A DNA stretch of 64,000 nucleotides from Fibrobacteria bacterium. Lineage in GTDB: Bacteria; Fibrobacterota; Fibrobacteria; UBA11236. Below are positions 19,551 to 28,310 of the stretch, one piece after another; positions within the stretch are counted from its first letter, which is position 1; each line of letters starts with the position of its first letter. Below the pieces are notes generated by a model. It saw only the letters and a program-made list of their open reading frames with translations, had not been told where the DNA came from and made no database searches. The stretch spans positions 96,001 to 160,000 of the forward strand of contig JAYTHY010000074.1 in NCBI GenBank assembly GCA_043732185.1. Direction: 5' to 3'. Both the position numbers and the translations under genes were made by a program.

Positions 19551-21452
19551 TTATTTAATCAGGAATTTCTGAACCAGATTCTGACTGCCTACATTGAGTT
19601 TGACAAAGTACAGGCCGCGTTTGATAGCGTTTAAGTCAACGCGTTCATTCGTTGCAGAGGTTGCACCACTTACCATTTCTTTTCCAAAGAGGTCGAACAC
19701 TGAATAATTTGCCCCGGCCTGGCTTAGAATGACAAAGCCATTCTTACCAGATTCAATGAGGCCCAACTGATTCGAGTTTCTGTTTGCAATAACACCCTGC
19801 CGAATACCGGCTGCATTTGTGACTTCAATGGAGAAGTCTTGCACGTCACCGGCGAACAACTTGCCCAGCGGGTCTGCGACGCTGCCCAAGGAGTCGTACT
19901 GCACGCGCACGCGCATTCTGGTAAGACCGAGTTTTGCCGTGGTTGGTACCACTACCTGTGCCGTGACATCACCGCTTGCTAATCCGCCCTGGGTGGACAG
20001 AACTTTTTCAGTCGAATCAAAGGAGCAATCTGAGTTCCAATCGATCCAGGCGTAGGCATGATCTGGCGGAAATACTGCGTTGAGCGTCACTGCCAGAGTC
20101 AAAGTTTGACCCAGACCCACTTTCGTTAAGTTCGCGGTGTAGTCGGAATAGAATTCTCCTGCTTTCGGAACACGCGAGGTGGACTGGCCAATATCGCCAA
20201 ATGAGACATAACTGATGTAGTCGGCACCCGTTCCGGCGAATCCTGCAGCATCACCGTAGCATGTAGGTCCTTCAATATAGGTAGGGGCCAGCGTAATGCT
20301 CTTATCTAGAGTGATGGATATGGTACGGTCCTTAAGGGTTGACACAGCACCCCAACCCGAAAACAGAAAGCCGTAAGCCGGAGCTACCGTGGCCTTGATG
20401 ACGGTACCTTGATTGTACGCGCCGCCAGCCGGACTAATCGTGACCGAACCCTTGGTTACATCAACGGGCACCGTAACCGTGCAAATGGGTGTGGTGACAA
20501 AAACGGGAGTAATGGTAGAGTTTTTGGAAATAACCAGATCCAAGGGATTGGCATCTGTGGTATTGTCGCCGCTCCATGCCGAAAATTTATAACCAAGGCT
20601 AGGAGTCGCTTCCATATGAATGGTTTCACCGGAGTCGTATGCAGCTCGGATGGGTGAATAGACCAAAGTGCCGTTGGTAACGCTGGTAGCCAAAGTATAG
20701 ACTGGCACAGCTTTTCCCTTGGTGACGATGATGCTATAGTCTTCAACATCTCCGGCAAAACCATTACCACAGGGTGCTCCGGGCGCGCCTTCTGCATACT
20801 GAACGCGAACGCGCATGCGGGTGGCCCCGGCAACGGTGGATTGGGGAATAAAGACGGTGGTGATGTTTGCTTGTTGAATGGCGGCATAGTCCGAATGGAG
20901 AACCACTTCGGACGTATCAAAAGTGCCGTCTTGATTAAAGTCAATCCAAACGAATATTTGGTCCGGCGGGAAGGTGGTTCCCAAAGAGACTTGCAGTCCA
21001 TAGGTTTGGCCAGTTGTGACAAAGGCGGCCATGGAAGTGTAGTCGGTATAATTCTCCTGCAATTGGAAAGGATGTGGTGCCGACTGGTTATTTAGATTTG
21101 CAAAGGAAACCATGTTCATAAAGTCCGCGCCCGTGCCAACGGAACCCGCTGCGGTGCAATAACCCGTCGCCGCTGTGACAAAACTTGCGGTCAATGATTT
21201 ATCCGCATCCATAACTACTGCAACAGTATTTTCCGTGCTGGTGGTGGCACCGGTCCAACCCGTGAAAACTTTTCCTGGATTCGCTGCGACAGTAACTATA
21301 ACCGTCGTACCGGTAGCATAACTGCCGCCTGGAGGAGTGAGTGTGATAACACCATCCGGAGCAGTGGTCGTTAATGTAAAGGTTTGAGCCACCGTAAAGC
21401 TGGCAAACACCCCAAGTGCTAAAATTGCTGTACTCAATATCCGACGAATCAT
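19551..21452 (-). CDS. Secreted protein with two GEVED-like domains, three InlB-B-like bacterial repeats and a T9SS-type C-terminal domain
   Basis: WIDFNQDG..RMRVR..GDVEDY and WIDWN..RMRVR..GDVQDF; three F.GW.G-type repeats; VFDLFGK...GLYFVK...KFLIK tail. Confidence 0.8.
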   Translation of the reverse strand: MIRRILSTAILALGVFASFTVAQTFTLTTTAPDGVITLTPPGGSYATGTTVIVTVAANPGKVFTGWTGATTSTENTVAVVMDADKSLTASFVTAATGYCTAAGSVGTGADFMNMVSFANLNNQSAPHPFQLQENYTDYTSMAAFVTTGQTYGLQVSLGTTFPPDQIFVWIDFNQDGTFDTSEVVLHSDYAAIQQANITTVFIPQSTVAGATRMRVRVQYAEGAPGAPCGNGFAGDVEDYSIIVTKGKAVPVYTLATSVTNGTLVYSPIRAAYDSGETIHMEATPSLGYKFSAWSGDNTTDANPLDLVISKNSTITPVFVTTPICTVTVPVDVTKGSVTISPAGGAYNQGTVIKATVAPAYGFLFSGWGAVSTLKDRTISITLDKSITLAPTYIEGPTCYGDAAGFAGTGADYISYVSFGDIGQSTSRVPKAGEFYSDYTANLTKVGLGQTLTLAVTLNAVFPPDHAYAWIDWNSDCSFDSTEKVLSTQGGLASGDVTAQVVVPTTAKLGLTRMRVRVQYDSLGSVADPLGKLFAGDVQDFSIEVTNAAGIRQGVIANRNSNQLGLIESGKNGFVILSQAGANYSVFDLFGKEMVSGATSATNERVDLNAIKRGLYFVKLNVGSQNLVQKFLIK

Positions 21453-21560
21453 CTGTCCCCCTAATATGTGTGATGCACGAAATGCCTAATGTTCATGGCA
21501 ATTAAAGGGGCTAAAGATAGACTTTGCCTTAAAGAAAAAACAGGTTCTTTTTACAAAAGT

Positions 21561-22781
21561 CTACTCGTGTGGGAACAGCGGAATTGTCAATAAATGTGAT
21601 TCGGCAGGCCGGGCACCAGAACCAGCGTCCACTTTGATAAAACCTATGTCTGCCTTTTTGAAATCCGCTAAGGGATATTCACTGGGCCCGAAACCGGACA
21701 ACGACTCCCGAACACGGCCACCTATATCTAAAATAGTCAAGCGATAGGGGCCCGGAAAAAGGACGGAAAGGACCTTGTTTTGCGAAAAGACCCCAATTCG
21801 GGCGATTTCATGTTGCTGAAGGCCCGTTCCCTTTAGAGTTTTGCAAGCTGCCGAGTCCGGCATATTGACGGCTGAATTGAATTCTAAAAAGCGACTGTCC
21901 GCACAGCCATAAATTGCCGGCAGGTTTTTTTGGTAGGCCTTCCAAACTGTCATGGAATTGGCCAAATGTGTAATCGGATTTTGCGGCAATCCATAGCATT
22001 GCAACGCGAAGGACCCGTGAAATCCATTTTCAACCAACATTTTTACAAGCACAAAGGTGTCAAAATTGCCCTCACCTAAGGGGCGAATCAAGGTTGTCCA
22101 ATCCGAGCCCACGCTGTCGGTGCCATTAATAGAAGCTGCGAAAACATAGGCCATGGAAGTTTTAAGCAAGGAATCCGCCCTTTGCGTAAAATTCAATTTC
22201 ATCACACTGCAGTAGCGCTGCTCGTGGCATTGGTTGAAACAAATGCCGACATTGGGGCGATTGGCGAGTTTTGCCACCCGGAGCGCCTGAACGGCATTGG
22301 AAACAAAATCACCATAATGCGGATATATGGCGACTTTACGTCCCGATGGTGCCAAGAGGTCCGCTACCCTAGCCACGTTCAAGGCCGCTTGTGCCTCAGT
22401 TGAAACAGAGCCGGCGGGAATATACAGGAACACCAATTCTCCTGCGGTTTTTAAAGCCGTTAAGTCTCCACTGATATTGTCGCCGGGATTGCGCCAAATA
22501 CCAAGAAGCTTTTGATTCCGTTGTTGCAGGGCCGGCAATAGAGTAGTGAAATCGCTGGACCCCCCTTCCCACATGATCCCGTTATAGCCTGCATTGGCGA
22601 TAAGAGTCACTTTATCAGTTGGGTTACCGGGAATGCCCGTGGATTGCGGGTAGATGGGATGAGTCAATCGGGTAGTGGGAAGCTGAGCCAAACCCAATGT
22701 GGCAAAGGCTAGAATTAAAGCGACGAGGTGCTGCGAAAGTCGTCCTTGTTTCAAGGCTGGAAGCTGGAATGACATGTTCAT
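21561..22781 (-). CDS. Secreted xylose-isomerase-like TIM-barrel (sugar phosphate isomerase/epimerase family) protein
   Basis: AIYPH, NVGICFNQCH, PLGEGNFD, GFHG...LQCY; signal peptide; GCAD..C linker; ILDIGGR tail. AAGGGA RBS before ATG 22781. Confidence 0.7.
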   Translation of the reverse strand: MNMSFQLPALKQGRLSQHLVALILAFATLGLAQLPTTRLTHPIYPQSTGIPGNPTDKVTLIANAGYNGIMWEGGSSDFTTLLPALQQRNQKLLGIWRNPGDNISGDLTALKTAGELVFLYIPAGSVSTEAQAALNVARVADLLAPSGRKVAIYPHYGDFVSNAVQALRVAKLANRPNVGICFNQCHEQRYCSVMKLNFTQRADSLLKTSMAYVFAASINGTDSVGSDWTTLIRPLGEGNFDTFVLVKMLVENGFHGSFALQCYGLPQNPITHLANSMTVWKAYQKNLPAIYGCADSRFLEFNSAVNMPDSAACKTLKGTGLQQHEIARIGVFSQNKVLSVLFPGPYRLTILDIGGRVRESLSGFGPSEYPLADFKKADIGFIKVDAGSGARPAESHLLTIPLFPHE

Positions 22782-22905
22782 GCTGTGTTCCCTTGTCAAT
22801 CTCTATACCCGGTTTGGCCTGCCGAGTCTACAAGCTATGCTGGATTTCAAAAAGCCACACCGTGTTTTCACACCCTACCTCGAAAAATACCGCCGTGGTG
22901 GCAGA

Positions 22906-24285
22906 TTAGTCCAGGCCCAAAATACCTTCTAACGCCACTGAAGCTGCGCGGCTCTCCCTTAAAAGGTCCGGATCCAGTAGATCTGCCGACAGTACGCGAT
23001 CCCGGTAATGTTTTTCTACCCAATCCATCAGCCGCTTATAGATCTGGTCGTTGAATTTCACTCCATTTGGGACCTCGCCCCATTCCTCCGGAGTCAAAAC
23101 AGCGCGTAGCCTTAGGCACGCCGGACCTCCGCCGTTGCGCATGCTTTGTCGCAGATTTACAAACGCCACTTCGGTTATACCAAAACCTAAATGCGGCAAG
23201 TGTTCCAAATATTTGCGAGTGGACGGATTCCGACGGCACTCTTCGGCCGCCAACAGAAGCATTCCCCCATCGGGCAGGCTAATGATTTGCGAATTGAACA
23301 AATAGGTGGAAATGGCCGTCGCCAAGGAAACGTGCTGCGATTTCACTTCAATCAACCGCAGCGCCCCGTGACCTAATGCTGCGAACTTGCGTTGAATTTC
23401 CCTTAGCGCCCCACTCCGGTTCAGAAAAGCAGCTTCATGGAAAAATAAAACGTCCGCATTGGCAACGGATATCACATCGTTATGAAAGACACCGGCGTCA
23501 ATGGCAACGGGATTTTGGGCAAGAAAAAGGGTTCGTTCCGGAGCCAATGCATGCAAACGGGCTACCGCTTCCGAAGCTTCTTGGGATTGACGCGGGGCAT
23601 ATCGGCGCGTGGTATTGCGCTTTTGCTGTGCGTGGGAAAATCCAAATACGAATACTTCTAAGCCAGTCTCGGCATGCTGCGACGCCAGGCGAATATGATT
23701 GGCTGCGCCCTCATCCCAAAAATAATTTGCTGTGGGTAAGGGATCATGGTGGACAAACCGGTGGCCCGGGAAAATCCGTTTCAGCAGACGGGATGTGTGA
23801 GGCGTTTCCAAGCTCCGATGCAGCTGGCTCGCCAGATTGGCGGGAGTAATATGCACCTTGCCATCGGCGCAATCGGACGAGGGTGAAATCGTAGCCGCAT
23901 TGGCCGTCCACATAGCGGAAGCACTCCAAGCGGCAGCCAAAAGAACAGGATTCTGTTTTCCAACTTTTTGCAAAACATCGGGATCTCTACCCGTAAATCC
24001 CAAACGCCGTAGCCAATCGAGATCGGGACGGATTTGGGGGGGTAGAATCGCTTGTGGAATTCCGCGGGAGGCGAGGTATCGCATCTTGTCCAACCCTTGC
24101 AGGGCCGCCTGCCTGGGATTGGCCGGTTGCTTGCGATTGACTTGCGAGGCGACATTGCCATGTGCCAAGCCCGCATAATTATGCGTCAATCCAACCAGGC
24201 CATCGAAATTGACTTCTTGAGTTTGAGATTGGGCTTGGACTTGGACCTGGGTCTTGATCTGCGTCGCGGTGAATTTCTTTTTCAA
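22906..24285 (-). CDS. astB: N-succinylarginine dihydrolase
   Basis: EVNFDGLVGLTHNYAGL, SASAMWTANAAT, DEGAANH, GVFHNDVI, SMRNGGGPACLRL. TTG start overlaps the astD stop. Confidence 0.95.
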   Translation of the reverse strand: MKKKFTATQIKTQVQVQAQSQTQEVNFDGLVGLTHNYAGLAHGNVASQVNRKQPANPRQAALQGLDKMRYLASRGIPQAILPPQIRPDLDWLRRLGFTGRDPDVLQKVGKQNPVLLAAAWSASAMWTANAATISPSSDCADGKVHITPANLASQLHRSLETPHTSRLLKRIFPGHRFVHHDPLPTANYFWDEGAANHIRLASQHAETGLEVFVFGFSHAQQKRNTTRRYAPRQSQEASEAVARLHALAPERTLFLAQNPVAIDAGVFHNDVISVANADVLFFHEAAFLNRSGALREIQRKFAALGHGALRLIEVKSQHVSLATAISTYLFNSQIISLPDGGMLLLAAEECRRNPSTRKYLEHLPHLGFGITEVAFVNLRQSMRNGGGPACLRLRAVLTPEEWGEVPNGVKFNDQIYKRLMDWVEKHYRDRVLSADLLDPDLLRESRAASVALEGILGLD

Positions 24286-25760
24286 GGGTCGATGCCCAGT
24301 GGAAGCGGTTGGATTCCCGACCCATCCGGCTTTGCCAGTGGAGCGGCTTCCAAAGATGCTACAGGGTAGGCACAATAATCAGCTGCATAATACGCGCTGG
24401 GCCGATGGTTGCCGCTGTCGCCGACGCCGCCAAAAGGCAGCTTGCCGCTGGCTCCGGTGGTTTGCCGGTTCCAGTTGACCACTCCGGCGCGGATTCGATT
24501 CCGGAACAATTCCCAACGATCGAGCCTATCGCTGAGAAGTCCTGCTGCCAATCCAAAACGAGTTTGATTGGCCACATCTATGGCGGCGTCGAAATCTTTT
24601 ACCCGAATGATTTGTAGTAGGGGCCCAAAATATTCCTCATCGGGACAATTTTCCACTCCGGTCATATCCACGATACCGGGAGATAAAAATGCGTGCTGCA
24701 TGCGCCGCATACGAACCAATATCGTACCGCCCAGTTTTTCCAATTTCGATTGTGCGTCCATTAGGTGATCGGCCGCTTGAATGGAAATGACCGGTCCCAA
24801 AAAGGGTTCCGGACGGTCTCCATAGGCTCCCACTCTTAATCGCGGAACCAAGGAAAGGAGTGCCCGCAAATGCCGGTCCCCATCTGTACCCTCGGGTAGG
24901 ATAAGTCGCCGAGCGCACACACAGCGCTGTCCGGCGGTGATAAAGGCCGACTGAGCCGTGAGCAAAGCAGCCTGTTGCGCTTCCGCACAGTCCCAGATGA
25001 CAAGAGGATTATTGCCTCCAAGTTCCAAGGCTAATATTTTTCCCGGATGTTCTGAAAATTGGCGCGCCAGAGCTACGCCGCCTGCATGGCTGCCGGTAAA
25101 AAAAAGTCCGTCCAATCCGGGGTGCGAAGCGAGGGAAACCCCCGTGTTACGTCCTCCCTGAACCAGATTCAAGACACCTGCAGGCAGTCCTGCCTGTTGC
25201 CAAAAAGCCGTGGTCCATTCGGACACACCCGGTGTCATTTCACTCGGTTTGAAAACCACCGTGTTGCCGGCCAGTAAGGCGGGTACGATATGGCTATGCG
25301 GCAAATGGCCGGGCAAATTAAACGGTCCGAGCACGGCCACGACTCCATGGGGTCGAAAGCGTTTGACAGCCCTAAAATCCGCCTGAGAAAATTCGGATTC
25401 CGAGCAGCGATCGCGATAGGCTTCGATGGAATTTGCCACCTTGGCCACCATGGTATCGCATTCTTGCAGCGATTCCCACAGGGGCTTTCCTGTTTCCTGG
25501 GAAATGGCGTCGGCCAATACAGCGCGGTTCTCTTTCACTTTGTCTGCAAAGGAGGTTAGGTAACCGGTGCGTTCACTTACCGTCAAGCGGCTCCAGAATA
25601 ATAAAGCCGACCGAGCAGCCGCAATAGCCGCATCCACTTGCTTGGGAGACGCTTCCTGACCTTCCCAAACGGAATTACCTGTAGACGGATCGACGGAAGC
25701 AAATTGTGCTCCTTCGCCCAGCGTCCAAACTCCAGCAATGAAATGTCCGCGGCCTATCAT
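24282..25760 (-). CDS. astD: Succinylglutamate-semialdehyde dehydrogenase
   Basis: GPFNLPGHLP, FTGS, ALELGGNNP, GQRCVCARR, SGNHRPSAYYAADYCAYP. Confidence 0.95.
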   Translation of the reverse strand: MIGRGHFIAGVWTLGEGAQFASVDPSTGNSVWEGQEASPKQVDAAIAAARSALLFWSRLTVSERTGYLTSFADKVKENRAVLADAISQETGKPLWESLQECDTMVAKVANSIEAYRDRCSESEFSQADFRAVKRFRPHGVVAVLGPFNLPGHLPHSHIVPALLAGNTVVFKPSEMTPGVSEWTTAFWQQAGLPAGVLNLVQGGRNTGVSLASHPGLDGLFFTGSHAGGVALARQFSEHPGKILALELGGNNPLVIWDCAEAQQAALLTAQSAFITAGQRCVCARRLILPEGTDGDRHLRALLSLVPRLRVGAYGDRPEPFLGPVISIQAADHLMDAQSKLEKLGGTILVRMRRMQHAFLSPGIVDMTGVENCPDEEYFGPLLQIIRVKDFDAAIDVANQTRFGLAAGLLSDRLDRWELFRNRIRAGVVNWNRQTTGASGKLPFGGVGDSGNHRPSAYYAADYCAYPVASLEAAPLAKPDGSGIQPLPLGIDP

Positions 25761-26842
25761 TTTTTCTTTTTGGCTCTAGGTACGGGGGACCGCAAAGGTG
25801 CCGCTACAGGGACGGATACGGCCCCACGAATAGGCGCCACTCGCACCGGATCGCCTTTTTTTAAACTAAGTGCTTTAGCAGTTTCCTGCGATATTTCAAC
25901 TCCCTTTCCCGGCAATATATTCAGGGAAGCTACCGTAGCACGGAAGCCGTGAGAATAGGTATTGGAAAGCAGGAACGGATCGGTTTCGATGGGCTTTCCC
26001 AGGATTTTTAATACCTGCAGCACCTGACTTTCTTTTACCGTGCGAATGTCATCGGTGGGACAGCTGATAATTGGGCCACCCTCGAAAATATCCACCATGC
26101 CCGAAAAAGAAAAACCTTCTCCTTCCAATAGTTTGATGGCAGGAACAGACTCGGAATGCACACGTCCGATCACATCCTGCGCCACTTTGGGCAAGAGTGG
26201 AATATAAATGGGATGCTTGGGCATGAGATCGGCGATGAAACGTTTGTCCTTCATGACCATAGCATCCGCTTTGGGGAAATCGATTTCAAAAAAATGCCGC
26301 CCCAGCGCATCCCAGAAAACGGAACCACCCTTCTCATCGATGACGCCGCGCATTTCCGCCAACACCACAGGGTCGAAAAATTGCCTGTGATCGGCGATGA
26401 ACATGAAACGGCTCAAGGATAAAAGCCGGCCATTGGTCCCACGGCGAAAATTAGGCGCCAGAAACAAGCTGCCGATTTCGGAAGGGCCGTTATGCTCCTT
26501 GACCAGATGCAAAGCGCGAATTTCATTGCGCACCTTAAGGGTTTTGGATTCATGCACGGTGGTTTCCAAACGGTAGGTCCAGAACGGTTCGAATCCGCCC
26601 ACTTTGGAAACGATGCCAGCGGTGCCGCCCACTTCGCCGCGCTCTAAATCTTCCATTACAAATAGATAGGTTTCACCGCCCGGTTTTTTCGCCATGCGTG
26701 CAAAGCCGCGCTGAGACTCCAGAATTCGGCCCTTCAGCAAATCACGATCATGCGGCAAAGTCGTAAGCCCAAAGCTGGCTTGGGAAGACAGCTGCATCAG
26801 CGCTTCCAAATCATTCAGCTGTACAGGTCTAATTATGACCAT
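25757..26842 (-). CDS. astA: Arginine N-succinyltransferase
   Basis: IIRPV..DL, GLTTLP, SEIGSLFL, GRLLS.SRF, AEMRG, FWDALG, VDIFEGGP. Confidence 0.93.
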   Translation of the reverse strand: MVIIRPVQLNDLEALMQLSSQASFGLTTLPHDRDLLKGRILESQRGFARMAKKPGGETYLFVMEDLERGEVGGTAGIVSKVGGFEPFWTYRLETTVHESKTLKVRNEIRALHLVKEHNGPSEIGSLFLAPNFRRGTNGRLLSLSRFMFIADHRQFFDPVVLAEMRGVIDEKGGSVFWDALGRHFFEIDFPKADAMVMKDKRFIADLMPKHPIYIPLLPKVAQDVIGRVHSESVPAIKLLEGEGFSFSGMVDIFEGGPIISCPTDDIRTVKESQVLQVLKILGKPIETDPFLLSNTYSHGFRATVASLNILPGKGVEISQETAKALSLKKGDPVRVAPIRGAVSVPVAAPLRSPVPRAKKKK

Positions 26843-26846
26843 AAGC

Positions 26847-28307
26847 TTAGCCTTTGCCTTTCTTGGTGTCGGCAGCCCCGACAGTCCCTGCTCCGGCAGC
26901 CTCTGCCCCGGCAGCCTCTGCCGCCGTTTCGAGCAACACCCGTTCGATAATAGGGAATGCTGCATCGATGTCGCTTGTTTCTGTGGATCCTACGGGAAGC
27001 AGAAACCGCGCCCGCGCTGGATTTTCACCCGCAATAAAACCGATCACACCTGCATCGAATAACTTTCGCAAATACAGCGCCACCAAATCCGATTTGCCTC
27101 CCAGCGGTGTGAAGGCCAGCATGCCCCCAAGGCCAAAGGGTCCTGCTGCAAGCTTGGGATGACGGCGCACCAAATCTTCCAGCTTATGGGTAAAATGCCG
27201 TGAGAGACGCATGATTTTTCCATCTGGTCCCAGAAAACCTTGCTCCAGCATGATACGCAGTATGGCCCGCGCGGCATGGATGGATACGGACGGCGCAGAA
27301 AAAGTTTGACTCACCAGTCCAGGCTTTGGTTTGAATTCCGCACGAAACAAGGTCGCACAGGCTTGGCTCAATTTTCCAAGTGTGACCGCGTCCACGAAAG
27401 CATCTAGACCGAAATGCTGGAAGGCAAAAAACTCGGAGGTCCGTCCGAAAGTTTGGATTTCATCCATAAGAATGGAAACACCGGACTTTTTAAGAATCTG
27501 CATTAGAGCGCGGAAAAAATCACTGTCACCGGGAAGATACCCCGCCCCCTCTCCTTGAATGAGTTCAAAAATCATGCAGGCATATTCATTGGGATGCTTC
27601 TGCAAGTGATTTTCCAGACAGGCCGCAGCCTCGTCCGTACTTTCCTTCGGTCGCAGCGGATCGAAAAAGGGCACATAATCCACGGCCAAGGATTCCGGCA
27701 GCCCCTGCCGGTAGGCGGGCTTATCCGTAATTTGGGATAAGGCCAAAGTCCGCCCCGCAAAACAATGCTGGAAAGCCAGCACTCGGTTGGCGGGAAAGCG
27801 TTTTTGGAACAGTATTTTGAGAGCGTTCTCATTGGCCATGGCGCCACTACTGGTCAAAAACCCATGTGCCAGTTGAGCACCTTTGCGATTGGCCGCCTGT
27901 AAAAGTTCAGTGAGCAGGGCTTCGCTAGTCGCGTTCTGTTGCAAGTTTCCTTGCATCACCGTGTTCTCTAAGGCCGCGTCCACGCCAACTTCCAATAAGG
28001 CCGGATGATTGTGCCCCATATAATGCACGCCGATACCGGTGATGAAATCATACTTAACACTACCATCCGCCAGTTCGACCAAAGGACCTCGTCCCAGTCC
28101 ACTTCCCAGATAAGGATAGTAGAGCGCGGATCCGCGCAGGCTCCCGAATCGTGCCAAGGTTTCTGCATACTCCTGGGTCAAATTAGGATCCGGAGGCCGG
28201 ACACCTGTCAAAGCAGCCTGATGCTCCACCATCGCTTCCCGCAGCAATCGTTTTGCTTCTTGCACTCTTGAATCACTTGCCAAAGCTTTGGCCGCCAATT
28301 GTCCCAT
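26847..28307 (-). CDS. Class III PLP-dependent aminotransferase (putative succinylornithine transaminase role)
   Basis: SGAMANENALK, FAGRT, ELIQGEG, DEIQTFGRT, TLGK; lies within the ast operon. Confidence 0.8.
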   Translation of the reverse strand: MGQLAAKALASDSRVQEAKRLLREAMVEHQAALTGVRPPDPNLTQEYAETLARFGSLRGSALYYPYLGSGLGRGPLVELADGSVKYDFITGIGVHYMGHNHPALLEVGVDAALENTVMQGNLQQNATSEALLTELLQAANRKGAQLAHGFLTSSGAMANENALKILFQKRFPANRVLAFQHCFAGRTLALSQITDKPAYRQGLPESLAVDYVPFFDPLRPKESTDEAAACLENHLQKHPNEYACMIFELIQGEGAGYLPGDSDFFRALMQILKKSGVSILMDEIQTFGRTSEFFAFQHFGLDAFVDAVTLGKLSQACATLFRAEFKPKPGLVSQTFSAPSVSIHAARAILRIMLEQGFLGPDGKIMRLSRHFTHKLEDLVRRHPKLAAGPFGLGGMLAFTPLGGKSDLVALYLRKLFDAGVIGFIAGENPARARFLLPVGSTETSDIDAAFPIIERVLLETAAEAAGAEAAGAGTVGAADTKKGKG

Positions 28308-28310
28308 GGT

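Noticed and set aside
26865..26925. Short coding tandem repeats (AEAAGAEAAG in the aminotransferase tail; also the Q-rich AstB N-terminus)
   Set aside because: These are in-frame slippage in disordered termini with no evidence of a separate function.
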